Shown here in pieces: positions 1 through 9,780 of a stretch of 59,089 bases of DNA. The stretch comes from a virus. Lineage: Duplodnaviria > Caudoviricetes. Below the pieces are notes generated by a model. It saw only the letters and a program-made list of their open reading frames with translations, was not told the DNA's origin and made no database searches. Each line of letters begins with the position of its first letter. Position 1 is the first letter of the stretch. The position numbers and the translations under genes were made by a program. The stretch spans positions 1 through 59,089 of IMG/VR virus record IMGVR_UViG_3300012936_000014. One strand, written 5' to 3'.

Positions 1-1332
1 CGCATCAGTAATACCATATCCACCAAGTGTGGTTGGTTTTCCTGTAAGGTCAGCAAACGCAACGGTTGTTAAATAATCTGTACCTGCCACTGCCGCTGAA
101 ATGTTTCCTGCACCGTCTGCTTTGACTATTCCTGTGATAGCACCAACAATTGGATCTGTTTCTGTAACTGTCAAACCTGTAACAGTTGCACCCGTAAAGT
201 CAACTTGTGTTCCGCTTGGGAAGTCAACACTAGTACCACTACTACCTATTGACACTAATGTTGTTTGTGTTGTACCAATGTTTACATTACCTGGTTGTAA
301 TGCTCCACTACCACCTGTAATATTTGCATCACCACCTATGCTGTTTATTTCAACAGCATCACCACCTGAGATTGCTAAATCATTGCCATCTGCAACACCT
401 GCTCCTACTGCCTCTGCTTCTAAACCAGTACCAGTCAAAGAACCGCCTGTTGTAAGTGCATCTGTTATTCCATAACCTGCAAGTGTAGTCGGTTTTCCTG
501 ATAATGAACCAAATGCTCCATCAAATCCTGTAATAGTAATATTGCCTTCTGCATTACTGGCTGTGGTAATACCTGTGCCGCCAAGTATTAGGAAACTTTC
601 ACCTTCACTAATAGTTCTAATAGTAGAGTCATCAGCACCTACACCAATGTTGGTAAATGCCGCTCCACCACCACCGCCTCCACTGATTGTGATATTGCCT
701 GAACCTAGAAGACTTTCTCCATTTACGGTTTTGATGTTTGTTCCGCTTACCAATGCTGATTGTGCATCAGTAATACCGTACCCTGATATTGTAGTTGGAG
801 TGCTTGTAATATTTGAAAATGCTATTGTAACACCAGTTAGAGCACTACCATCTATTGCTGGTAAAGCACCTGTAAGTGTTGTGGCGTTTAATGTGCCGTT
901 TACACTATCAACCAATACAGTAGAATCTGCGGCTACAACGTCTATTGATTGCGTTGAACCACTTTGTATTACAATACTTGATGTAGCATTTGTAATTGCA
1001 GTGTCAACTTGTGTTTGTGTGTATGCATCTGTAATGCCATATCCTGCAAGTGTAGTTGGGGTGTTTGTTAAATTACTGTAATCAAGGCTTGCACTAATTG
1101 ATCCTGTAGCTGTAATATTACCTGTGATATTTAAATTACCAATACCTGTAATATCATTACCGCTGAGATCTAAATTACCACCAAGAGCGGGAGTTGTATC
1201 TGAACCTAGTGTAGTAGTAGTGCCTGTGTATACTTCATCAAAGTTGTCATTGATTTTGTCAAATGCTGAACGAAGGCTTTCACCGTCTCCTGTTAATTCA
1301 CCTGATCCAATGTTAATTGTTTGCTTTGCCAT
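1..1332 (-). CDS. Tail fibre/virion structural protein, 3' end runs off the window (missing from the ORF track)
   Basis: ATG at 1332 reads MAKQTINIGSGELTGDGESLRSAFDKINDNFDEVY (T4 gp9/gp10-like N-terminus); four (K/T)PTT(L/I)xGYGITDA fibre repeats; Gly/Thr-rich. Confidence 0.85.
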   Translation of the reverse strand, partial: MAKQTINIGSGELTGDGESLRSAFDKINDNFDEVYTGTTTTLGSDTTPALGGNLDLSGNDITGIGNLNITGNITATGSISASLDYSNLTNTPTTLAGYGITDAYTQTQVDTAITNATSSIVIQSGSTQSIDVVAADSTVLVDSVNGTLNATTLTGALPAIDGSALTGVTIAFSNITSTPTTISGYGITDAQSALVSGTNIKTVNGESLLGSGNITISGGGGGGAAFTNIGVGADDSTIRTISEGESFLILGGTGITTASNAEGNITITGFDGAFGSLSGKPTTLAGYGITDALTTGGSLTGTGLEAEAVGAGVADGNDLAISGGDAVEINSIGGDANITGGSGALQPGNVNIGTTQTTLVSIGSSGTSVDFPSGTQVDFTGATVTGLTVTETDPIVGAITGIVKADGAGNISAAVAGTDYLTTVAFADLTGKPTTLGGYGITDA

Positions 1333-1341
1333 TTTTCCACC

Positions 1342-1746
1342 TTAATGATTTAATTTTATACTAGTTACACTACCGTCAGTCCAATTAGAAATATATACTC
1401 GTACCCAAACAAAGTTACCTGTAAAATTATATGATTTACTAGAAGTTTCGTTTGCAGTGTATTCTAGTTTAGTAGAGGTGCTCATAACTAGTTTTCCAGT
1501 AGTATCAATAGTTTGTCCACTACCTAGTGCTATTGGAAAATAATCATCTGCTGTAGGATTAATAGCAAGAGTTCCTTGCAATTCTATATTGCCTAAAAAT
1601 CCATTTAGGTCAATTTGAAGTGTGTGTAATCCGTCACTACGTCCGTAGTATCCGTCACCTTTGAATTTTTCACCTGTATGGGTTTGTACGCTACTATCCC
1701 CTACATGTGTTTGATTTGATATAATTGTTTCACTATTGCTTGGCAT
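1342..1746 (-). CDS. Hypothetical protein, probably virion-associated
   Basis: ORF; start moved to MPSNSET at 1746, which has TAAATA 5 nt upstream. Confidence 0.65.
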   Translation of the reverse strand: MPSNSETIISNQTHVGDSSVQTHTGEKFKGDGYYGRSDGLHTLQIDLNGFLGNIELQGTLAINPTADDYFPIALGSGQTIDTTGKLVMSTSTKLEYTANETSSKSYNFTGNFVWVRVYISNWTDGSVTSIKLNH

Positions 1747-1750
1747 AGTA

Positions 1751-2410
1751 TTATTTATCAGAATTAGCATATGACACTAATTTGTCAATACGCTGAACTT
1801 TTCCGATAAACAAGTTCAATAGTTGTAGTATTTTGTCGTCTCTTACGAAAAAGTAGAATCCTCTACAAAACCCGTTATTTTCTATTGTTTCTAAGCACAC
1901 ACGCCCTGCTTTTGCTTTTCCTGGATTGTTCCTTATCCAACTTGCAAGATTGGCGTCTACTGTGCTATCTAAAGTAACCTTGTACAAATATTCAGGTTCT
2001 TCTTCTAGGACAATTACATTTTTTTCAAGTGTGGGTAAATTTTGGTTAGGTTCCCAAAACTCAAATGTAGATTTTATTTTTTCACTTATGTATTGAAGCC
2101 AATCATAATCATGTGAGTAAACCTGCATGTAAGGATTTTGTATACGAAGTTTATAATCATCTTGTTTTGAAAATTCAATATAAAGATCTCTAGCTTCAAG
2201 AAAGGTTTCAACTTCATATTTGTGTTCTTTTAGATAAGCTACTCTAATTAATGGCAATCCTTGATCATATTTTTGTTGTAGCCTATCTATTTCTTGTTTT
2301 GCAAAAGAAAGATTTTTGTCGCGAAAAATATGTCCTAGATTGTTTTTTAAAGTGACTTTATAAGGATATTGATCATAGAATAGTTTTGTAGTTTCAAACC
2401 TTTTCAACAA
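1751..2410 (-). CDS. Hypothetical protein
   Basis: 219-aa ORF overlapping the end of clpA. Confidence 0.7.
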   Translation of the reverse strand: MLKRFETTKLFYDQYPYKVTLKNNLGHIFRDKNLSFAKQEIDRLQQKYDQGLPLIRVAYLKEHKYEVETFLEARDLYIEFSKQDDYKLRIQNPYMQVYSHDYDWLQYISEKIKSTFEFWEPNQNLPTLEKNVIVLEEEPEYLYKVTLDSTVDANLASWIRNNPGKAKAGRVCLETIENNGFCRGFYFFVRDDKILQLLNLFIGKVQRIDKLVSYANSDK

Positions 2411-4634
2411 CTTTTGTTCCTTTGGTTTCTAAAACAATTTCGCCTTTAGCAATATTTACATTTAATTTGCCACCGTCTTTAAGATCACCAAACAACAGTT
2501 CTCTAGCCAATTTACGTTTTATTTCTCTATCAATCACACGTTGTAAAGGTCTTGCACCCATTTTAGGATCAAATCCTTTTTCAACAAGGTAATCTAATGT
2601 TTCGTCACTTACAGTGATTTTTACATTTTTGTCTTTAACCATATCTTTAAGTTCAACTAGGAACTTGCCAACAATCTTCATCATAGTTTCTTTGCTAAGT
2701 TTTGCAAATGTTACAACACCATCTAGTCTGTTTCTAAATTCTGGAGCAAAGTATTTCTTCAGTGCACCGTCTTCATATTCTTTTTCGAAGTCTTCCATAA
2801 ACCCAATATTATTCTTCTCAGCCTCGGCAGCACCTAAGTTGGTTGTTAGGATAAGGATACAATTACGTGCATCAGCTTCTTTACCGTTTGACCCTGTGAC
2901 CTTACCATTGTCCATAATTTGTAACAATACTTGTGATACGTCTGGATGTGCTTTTTCAATCTCATCAAGTAGTAGAACACAATTAGGATTTTCTTGTAAA
3001 CGTTCAATAAGTAAGCCACCTTTTTCTTCATGTCCGACATAACCTGGAGGTGAACCTAAAAGTTTACTTACACTATGGCGTTCTTGATATTCACTCATAT
3101 CAAAGCGTACAAGTTTGACACCTAAGTTACTTGCAAGAGCTTTTGCAGTTTCTGTCTTACCTGTGCCTGTTGGACCCATAAACACAAATGCACCAATAGG
3201 TTTATCACTTGCTTTCAATCCTGCTTGACTTACAAGAATTTTATCGACAACATCTTCTACTGCTTTATCTTGGCCGTAAACTTGTCCTTTTATGTTGTGT
3301 TCTAGATTCGCAAGATTCTCAGTTTCCTTTTCAGCAACTTGTTCTGTTGGTAGGTTAACTGCTTTTGCTAATTCAAATTGAATATTACTTGCTGTAACAA
3401 CTTTCTTTTTTACTTCAGGCTGTAGATTAAATCTTGAACATGCTTGATCAATCAAATCAATTGCTTTGTCAGGAAGTTTTTTATCTGCTTGATATTTTAC
3501 ACTTAATTTAATTGCTTCATCGATTGCTTCTTGTGTAATTTCTGTCGCATGATAGTCTTCATAATATTTTTTAATACCATTTAGAATATCATTAGTTACT
3601 TCAGGTGACGGCTCATCAACTGTAACACGCTGGAATCGTCTCATTAATGCACGATCCTTTTCAAAATACTTGCGATACTCTTCCCAAGTGGTTGAAGCAA
3701 CAACTTTTAAATCACCTTTGGTAAGAGCAGGTTTCAACATATTTGCAAGGTCATTTGAACTGTTGCCTCCTCCTGCACCAGCACCGTTCATCATATGTGC
3801 TTCATCTACAAACATAATTGTTTTGCCTTGCTTTTTAAGGCCTGCTAATACAAGTTTGAAACGCTCTTCAAAATCACCTCTATATTTTGAACCAGCAAGC
3901 ATAGCACCTATATCAAGATTATATACCTTAAATTCTTTCAAAAATTCTGGAACATTGCCTTGCACTATATTGAAAGCCATACCTTCTGCAATAGCAGTCT
4001 TACCTACACCAGGATCGCCCACCAATAGCACATTATTTTTACTACGTCTACCTAATGCTAATGCAATGCTATCTAGTTCTTCTTCTCTTCCTATTACAGG
4101 ATCAATCTTATTACTTTTAACTTCTTCATTAAGATTTGTAGTGAAAGCTCGTAATGCACGTTGTGAAGCACCAGTCATTTCTTCGTCTTCAAATCCAGTT
4201 TCAAATTCTGCTTGTAGATATTCTGCAAATTTCTCTTTTACAATTCCTGACTTTTCCATAAAGTAATTTGCATGTGTTTTCTTTTCTGATAGAATAGATA
4301 ACGCAACATCGCTTAATTCGATGTTAGGACGCCCTGCAAACAAAACTTGTGTAAATGCTCTGTTCAAACAGCGTTCAACAGTTTGTGTTTTTTTTGGCTT
4401 GTACTTTGGATCTTCTATTTTGATATCATTCATCTCATTTTTTAAATGATGTTCTAAGTTGCTTTTCAAAAAGTCAACGTCTGCTCCGAATCCTTTACAA
4501 AGATTATAAAATGTTTCACTACATGTCATAGCAAACAACAGATGTTCTAGTGTTACGAACTCATGTCCTAACTTTTTTGCATCTTTTATGCTTTTATCAA
4601 ATACCAGTTGTAAATCTTTAGATGGTTCAACCAT
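2394..4634 (-). CDS. clpA: ATP-dependent Clp protease ATPase subunit, ClpA-like
   Basis: Clp N-domain (HEFVTLEHLL); two Walker A motifs (GDPGVGKT, GPTGTGKT); GSKYRGDFEER; GSPPGYVG; IGF loop (NNIGF); GARPL; no ClpB middle domain. Confidence 0.93.
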   Translation of the reverse strand: MVEPSKDLQLVFDKSIKDAKKLGHEFVTLEHLLFAMTCSETFYNLCKGFGADVDFLKSNLEHHLKNEMNDIKIEDPKYKPKKTQTVERCLNRAFTQVLFAGRPNIELSDVALSILSEKKTHANYFMEKSGIVKEKFAEYLQAEFETGFEDEEMTGASQRALRAFTTNLNEEVKSNKIDPVIGREEELDSIALALGRRSKNNVLLVGDPGVGKTAIAEGMAFNIVQGNVPEFLKEFKVYNLDIGAMLAGSKYRGDFEERFKLVLAGLKKQGKTIMFVDEAHMMNGAGAGGGNSSNDLANMLKPALTKGDLKVVASTTWEEYRKYFEKDRALMRRFQRVTVDEPSPEVTNDILNGIKKYYEDYHATEITQEAIDEAIKLSVKYQADKKLPDKAIDLIDQACSRFNLQPEVKKKVVTASNIQFELAKAVNLPTEQVAEKETENLANLEHNIKGQVYGQDKAVEDVVDKILVSQAGLKASDKPIGAFVFMGPTGTGKTETAKALASNLGVKLVRFDMSEYQERHSVSKLLGSPPGYVGHEEKGGLLIERLQENPNCVLLLDEIEKAHPDVSQVLLQIMDNGKVTGSNGKEADARNCILILTTNLGAAEAEKNNIGFMEDFEKEYEDGALKKYFAPEFRNRLDGVVTFAKLSKETMMKIVGKFLVELKDMVKDKNVKITVSDETLDYLVEKGFDPKMGARPLQRVIDREIKRKLARELLFGDLKDGGKLNVNIAKGEIVLETKGTKVVEKV

Positions 4635-5124
4635 TAATTAATTTCCTTTGTTTTTTCTTTGCCATATCTAATTTCAGTCTAGACACTCTATCAGTAAATT
4701 CTATTCCTTGCAGATGATCATACTCATGAGCAAAACATCTTGCATCTATACCTGTAAACTCTAGTATACATTCTTTCTCATCAATGTCAAGAAATTTGGC
4801 AACCAAACTCTTGGGTCTTCTTATATTTAATACTAATCCTATATGACTTAAACACCCTTCTTTTGCAAGAATCGTGTCTTCACTAACTTCTAAAATAACT
4901 GGATTTACAACTGCAAAAGGTTTTGTAATTTCTGGATGTTCTAAAGGACGCATAACAAATATCTGTGCATCTAAACCGACTTGATTTGCAGATAATCCTA
5001 AACCATTTTTTGCCATCATAATTTGACACATTTCTCCTGAGATTGTTTTTACATCCATTTCGGAAAAGAAAAATGGTTTTACTTTTGTTTGTAACCAAGG
5101 ATCTGGGCTTTTAATAAGTTCCAT
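4627..5124 (-). CDS. def: Peptide deformylase
   Basis: Motifs GLGLSANQVG, EGCLS and HEYDHLQG. Confidence 0.95.
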   Translation of the reverse strand: MELIKSPDPWLQTKVKPFFFSEMDVKTISGEMCQIMMAKNGLGLSANQVGLDAQIFVMRPLEHPEITKPFAVVNPVILEVSEDTILAKEGCLSHIGLVLNIRRPKSLVAKFLDIDEKECILEFTGIDARCFAHEYDHLQGIEFTDRVSRLKLDMAKKKQRKLING

Positions 5125-5929
5125 CTTTAATACCTTTTATTTTAATTAGTTGAGCTTCTGTAAGTTCCGGCATCATTGTGTCAAGTTTTACATACACGTT
5201 ACCCTGCCGTCCTGTATTTACATCAGGCACTCCGTGTCCTGATATACTAAAAGTAGTTCCAGGTTTTGTGCCTTGCGGAATATGCAAACTAAATTTTCTT
5301 TCTGCTGGTGTTATAATTTCTAAATTTGTTCCTAGCATTAAATCAAAAATGTTAATCACTTTATTTGTGTATATATTGTTACCGTCTCTACGCCAGTTAC
5401 GATCTGGACGTACTTTTATTTTTACTATCAAATTACCTTTAGGCAATTGACTAATAGAGTCATCTCCTAATCCTGCATATCTAACATTTGCGCCATGATC
5501 GACACCTGGAGGAATATGTGCATCTAAAAATTCTTTTCGTCCGCTTGGAAGATTATACTGTATGCTTATAGGCGCACCAGTAAATACTTGTTTGAAATCT
5601 ATAGTATACACTACAGTCACGTCTTGATTTTTAGGTTGTCTACGGCCCTGTCCTCCGAATCCAAATTGTGCAAATATATCTTCAAAATTTGCGCCCATCC
5701 CTCCTTGGAATGGATTACCAGTGTTGAATTGGAATTGTGGTTGCGGATTATCGTATTGTTGTTTTTTGTTAGGATCTTTTAATGTATCGTATGCCTCATT
5801 TATACCTGCAAAAGTTGCATGATCACCGCCACGGTCAGGATGATGCTTTAATGCAAGTTTTTTATATGCTTTTTTAATTTCATCAGGAGAGGCATTCCGA
5901 GGCACGCCTAGACGTTCATAGTAATCCAT
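5111..5929 (-). CDS. dnaJ: DnaJ/CbpA-type co-chaperone (J domain plus C-terminal domain, no zinc finger)
   Basis: DYYERLGV...HHPDRGG J domain, G/F-rich linker, DnaJ_C-like GNLIVKI/GNVYV. Confidence 0.9.
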   Translation of the reverse strand: MDYYERLGVPRNASPDEIKKAYKKLALKHHPDRGGDHATFAGINEAYDTLKDPNKKQQYDNPQPQFQFNTGNPFQGGMGANFEDIFAQFGFGGQGRRQPKNQDVTVVYTIDFKQVFTGAPISIQYNLPSGRKEFLDAHIPPGVDHGANVRYAGLGDDSISQLPKGNLIVKIKVRPDRNWRRDGNNIYTNKVINIFDLMLGTNLEIITPAERKFSLHIPQGTKPGTTFSISGHGVPDVNTGRQGNVYVKLDTMMPELTEAQLIKIKGIKDGTY

Positions 5930-5946
5930 ACTATTACTTATTGTGT

Positions 5947-6324
5947 TTATTTTCTAGACTTGTCAGTTCCGGTATATAGTCCAAACCATGCCGCACCAGC
6001 ACCAACTACAATACTAATCAAACCTGATTGTTCCATTGTAGGGTCTGCTAAATTCATATACCAAATAACACATTTGTAAAGTAGTATAATGTACACTGTC
6101 AAGAATAGTCTCGGAAAAATTCTCCAAGCATCTACAGCTCGTGCCATGTGAATAACTTTAGCATACGGATTAGGACCTAAGTCTTTAACACTTGTATCAA
6201 CTTCTAAATCTAATTTAACTTTTTTAGTTGCACCTGTACTGCTGGCAGGTACTACAACTTCAGCATCTGCCTTTGGTGTTTCAACCTTTGCAGGTTCTAG
6301 ATCTTCAAGTTTTCTTCTTGGCAT
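5947..6324 (-). CDS. Membrane protein with two TM segments, holin-like
   Basis: Hydrophobic helices (WRIFPRLFLTVYIILL; GLISIVVGAGAAWFGLY); lies in the lysis cassette. Confidence 0.55.
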   Translation of the reverse strand: MPRRKLEDLEPAKVETPKADAEVVVPASSTGATKKVKLDLEVDTSVKDLGPNPYAKVIHMARAVDAWRIFPRLFLTVYIILLYKCVIWYMNLADPTMEQSGLISIVVGAGAAWFGLYTGTDKSRK

Positions 6325-6601
6325 TTTTGCCCTCCAATTTTTCTAAACGTGCTTCAAGCTCGTCTATTTTAGATGTTATTTTGGGATATTTTACACGCCA
6401 AGCATTTGGATCATTTTGAAACCAAGTCCATCCCCAGCGTATGGCTAGATATTCTAATGTTGCGTCAAATTTATTTACTGCCCATATTGCCATTCTAGTA
6501 TCTTTAAACCAGAATAGGAATGCCGCACCAAATAAAGATCCTGCAAGAGCTGTGTATATCCACAGTCTATCAGACGCCATTCTTTCTATCATTTCCCACA
6601 T
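6305..6601 (-). CDS. Small membrane protein (lysis cassette)
   Basis: N-terminal TM helix, C-terminal coiled coil; GAGGGAG SD. Confidence 0.6.
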   Translation of the reverse strand: MWEMIERMASDRLWIYTALAGSLFGAAFLFWFKDTRMAIWAVNKFDATLEYLAIRWGWTWFQNDPNAWRVKYPKITSKIDELEARLEKLEGKNAKKKT

Positions 6602-6628
6602 AGTCTCTCCCTCATTAACTATGTGTAT

Positions 6629-6988
6629 TTATTTAGATTTGGTTTCTTCTTCTGGTTTCAAAGCGTCTTCGTAATATACGATTATTTCGTTTTGCTGTTC
6701 TAAGAATCTACGTAAGTCTGCTATATTTAAAGCAAGATTTTCATAGTCTTTCATTGATAAAACTACATAGGCAAGCTCGCCGTGTTCAGCAGTGAACTCT
6801 TTCACAAAGGCGTCATAGTTGTCTTTTGTAACAACGTATACCCTAGTATCAACTAGATCAACGGGTTTTGGTCGAGCTACTATCGGTACTGTTGTCTTCT
6901 CTATCTGTGTTACTATCTTCACTTCCGGTTCCGGAATCAGACTGCAACCAGTTAGGAAGAGGAGTGTCCCCGTCACCGCCAGTAACAT
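6629..6988 (-). CDS. Outer-membrane spanin (o-spanin, Rz1-like lipoprotein)
   Basis: Signal peptide with lipobox LFLTGC; overlaps the 3' end of the i-spanin gene in another frame. Confidence 0.75.
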   Translation of the reverse strand: MLLAVTGTLLFLTGCSLIPEPEVKIVTQIEKTTVPIVARPKPVDLVDTRVYVVTKDNYDAFVKEFTAEHGELAYVVLSMKDYENLALNIADLRRFLEQQNEIIVYYEDALKPEEETKSK

Positions 6989-7346
6989 CTTCAAGCTCGC
7001 GCCATAGTTTAGCTGTGGCACCATTCATCCTTCCTTCTAAGTTTGCACTATCTCTTATAGCATCTTGAACTAGATCTAGTTCGCGTAATCTGTTACGCAA
7101 ACTATCTCCGTATTGTTCTGCTTTTTGCAAATCATTTTGCAATTTTTTTGTAAGTTCTGCACTTTTTATAGCATCAGCTTGCAATGTTGCAATGCTAGAT
7201 TCAGCTGTATCTACAGCAACTTCTAGTTTTGCATTATTCTCTTGCAAAACAGCAATACGTGCTTGTGTTTGTTTATAGTACCAACTACCAGCACCTGCCA
7301 TTGCAAGCATTAACATAAAAAATACAATTGCTAACTTTGCGCCCAT
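6858..7346 (-). CDS. Inner-membrane spanin (i-spanin, Rz-like)
   Basis: N-terminal TM anchor followed by a long coiled coil; directly downstream of the endolysin. Confidence 0.75.
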   Translation of the reverse strand: MGAKLAIVFFMLMLAMAGAGSWYYKQTQARIAVLQENNAKLEVAVDTAESSIATLQADAIKSAELTKKLQNDLQKAEQYGDSLRNRLRELDLVQDAIRDSANLEGRMNGATAKLWRELEDVTGGDGDTPLPNWLQSDSGTGSEDSNTDREDNSTDSSSTKTR

Positions 7347-7354
7347 GCTACTAT

Positions 7355-8203
7355 TTATCCTAGCAACTTTCCCAATGTTTTAGGACCAACAATACCATCA
7401 GCAGTAAGTCCGTTTGAACTTTGCCACTCTTTTACAATACGTGCAGTGCCAGGTCCAAATATACCATCAGCAGGTGAAATATCAAGTTTTTCTTGTACTT
7501 CGGCTACTAATGGACCACGTGATCCTTGACGGATTGTTTGATTGTAATCTACTTCTGGTTCTTCGTAATCCCCACCTAATACATCCATAGCATGTAGGTA
7601 ATGTTTCTTACGATCATCTAATCCTATAGTTCCGCCATTGATACGTTTTGTTGCACCAACAACGTCCATTGCATCACACCATTTGTTAATATTATTAGTA
7701 TCCCAAAACCAACATGCTGAGTCTAATGCACCTTTCTTAGTGCGTACATAATCTACTGCTTCTTCTGCTGACATGTCCATTTCTTCTGCGAATTTTGTAT
7801 AGTTGTATCTACCGGTGAGTTGAAGAATGCCGCCACCACGGAATGTCCACCCGTCACCGGAATCTGTATCACCGTTGTCCATTCTGTTTGCGTAAATGAC
7901 ATTAGCAATTTTTTCAGGTTGTCTATGATATTCATTAGCATCTCTACCTGCCCTTCTAAAATATTTAGGAAATATAGTGTTTAGTGCTTTGGCGCTATAA
8001 TTTAAGTTTTCACTTAAAACTCTAAAGCCGCCGGACTCATGTCCACACTGTGCGATAAACATTGCAACACGTTCTATTGTATCAACTTCCCATAACGGAA
8101 GTATTTCTAGCATTGCATTATACCAATCTCGCCAGTCGTCTCTATGAATTAATTCTTCAGCCATCCAAGGTTCGAAATCAAATTTAAAATGTTCTTTAGC
8201 CAT
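7355..8203 (-). CDS. Endolysin: GH19 lysozyme/chitinase-like domain plus C-terminal peptidoglycan-binding domain
   Basis: FIAQCGHESGGF, FRGGGILQLTGRYNY, TKRINGG; DGIFGPGT/DGIVGPKT PG-binding motifs; start moved to MAKEHF. Confidence 0.9.
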   Translation of the reverse strand: MAKEHFKFDFEPWMAEELIHRDDWRDWYNAMLEILPLWEVDTIERVAMFIAQCGHESGGFRVLSENLNYSAKALNTIFPKYFRRAGRDANEYHRQPEKIANVIYANRMDNGDTDSGDGWTFRGGGILQLTGRYNYTKFAEEMDMSAEEAVDYVRTKKGALDSACWFWDTNNINKWCDAMDVVGATKRINGGTIGLDDRKKHYLHAMDVLGGDYEEPEVDYNQTIRQGSRGPLVAEVQEKLDISPADGIFGPGTARIVKEWQSSNGLTADGIVGPKTLGKLLG

Positions 8204-8348
8204 TATCAGTGTCCTTTTTTTCACATGCCTTACAGCGACAATGATCACATACCCTTATTTGATATGTGGCGCCATTGTAATCAGTTTCTAAACGATGATA
8301 CGGTCCCCCACAATGTGATTCATGTCCGCAATTTTGACAGTTGTACAT
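8196..8348 (-). CDS. 50-aa Cys/His-rich putative metal-binding protein (not in the ORF track)
   Basis: MYNCQNCGHESHCGG...VCDHCRCKAC; TAAATA 5 nt upstream; its stop overlaps the endolysin start. Confidence 0.7.
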   Translation of the reverse strand: MYNCQNCGHESHCGGPYHRLETDYNGATYQIRVCDHCRCKACEKKDTDNG

Positions 8349-8359
8349 ATAGATATTTA

Positions 8360-9073
8360 TTATATACGTTCTACAACAAGGGTATGACCTGAGTTGTCAA
8401 GAGTGAATTTATTACCATATTTCGTAATATTGTAATCTCCAAGATACTTAGAAAGGAATATTACTTCTGCAAAATCATTTGTGTTAAAAGATTCTGTGAT
8501 TCTATTAAGGACAGGAATAGTTTTTCCAAAGTCAATATATCTAAATTGTATAGCATCAGCATAGGGTTTTTTTACAGTGAGAACATTACCTTCCATCACA
8601 ACTTGATCAACATAACTTTTATTAAAGAAATTTTTGTAATTGTTCATCCTTGTTTCTTCAACCTTAACACCATAGTTATTAGGATCTGTTGGTACATGTT
8701 CTGCGAGGCTATCTAAAGATAAATCATGTCCGTCAAAACTTTTGTAATATCTAAAACGCCAATCATCTATGTCAGTGAGTTTTCCTACTCCGTCCATTAT
8801 TTCCATAATATTTTCATTACTTTGGCGGTTACGCTCTAGCTCTACAAATACTTTGTAAGTACCATCGGCTTGCTCTCCTGCTGTGACATCAGCATCTAGT
8901 ATAAAACTGTAGCCGCCTTCTAAAAACTTTACTAAATCATCTGCAGGTTCTTTGTTAGCAACACTAAAACTAAGAGTGACAATATTTTTATCATCTCCCA
9001 TTTTACTTGCATAAGAATCAATTTCAAAAACATTGTCTACCAGATTAGCAAGATCATTTTGTTGCAATCCCAT
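8360..9073 (-). CDS. Hypothetical protein
   Basis: 237-aa ORF coupled to the upstream gene. Confidence 0.7.
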   Translation of the reverse strand: MGLQQNDLANLVDNVFEIDSYASKMGDDKNIVTLSFSVANKEPADDLVKFLEGGYSFILDADVTAGEQADGTYKVFVELERNRQSNENIMEIMDGVGKLTDIDDWRFRYYKSFDGHDLSLDSLAEHVPTDPNNYGVKVEETRMNNYKNFFNKSYVDQVVMEGNVLTVKKPYADAIQFRYIDFGKTIPVLNRITESFNTNDFAEVIFLSKYLGDYNITKYGNKFTLDNSGHTLVVERI

Positions 9074-9627
9074 TATACTAAACCTCCTGCTTCTGGTCCT
9101 GGTGTTGGCGCCGCCGCAGGTGCTCCTGGATCTGCTGGAGCCATTGCATCCGCCGCACCTTCTGCTGGTTGTCCTTCTGGTGCTACGTTAGGTGTAGGCT
9201 CTTCCATTTGTTCTCTTGTACCACTGTATATATCAGCTATTAGTTTTTTTGGCATTTTTATTTCTACAATCCAAACAGGATGTTTGTCTAATTTGCCTTT
9301 TTTAGTTCCTGGACGGATATCATCAGGCTCGCGTATTTTTCTTGGTTTTACAATATAATCTTTGCTAAAGTAAACTTTGCAATCATAGTCTAATAAACGC
9401 TTGCCACCCATTGGATCTGGCATATCTTTTCTAGGCCACATAAATTTACATGATACCCAATGCCTTTCAATATCAGGACCTTCGGCAAGTTCACCATCTT
9501 CCCAGTTTTTAAAGACATAGATATCAAGTTCGTCCAGAACTCTTTCAAAATCTTTTAGCACTTGGAATGCTGTATTACTATCGTATATACCTTCGATGTT
9601 TTTTACAACGTCATAAATGTCTTGCAT
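9073..9627 (-). CDS. Hypothetical protein with Pro/Ala-rich C-terminal tail
   Basis: 184-aa ORF with AGGAAG SD and upstream TAAATA. Confidence 0.7.
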   Translation of the reverse strand: MQDIYDVVKNIEGIYDSNTAFQVLKDFERVLDELDIYVFKNWEDGELAEGPDIERHWVSCKFMWPRKDMPDPMGGKRLLDYDCKVYFSKDYIVKPRKIREPDDIRPGTKKGKLDKHPVWIVEIKMPKKLIADIYSGTREQMEEPTPNVAPEGQPAEGAADAMAPADPGAPAAAPTPGPEAGGLV

Positions 9628-9780
9628 GTTTACTTCCTATAATACTAAGTTATTTATCCGGATTTGCGCCTTAATAAACATTTCTTACATTCTCTACAAT
9701 TGTATGCTAAATACATTGTAGGGCACTTGCCCAACAGGGCACAGGCTCTACTTACATAATCCATGTAAGGAGGACACTTA

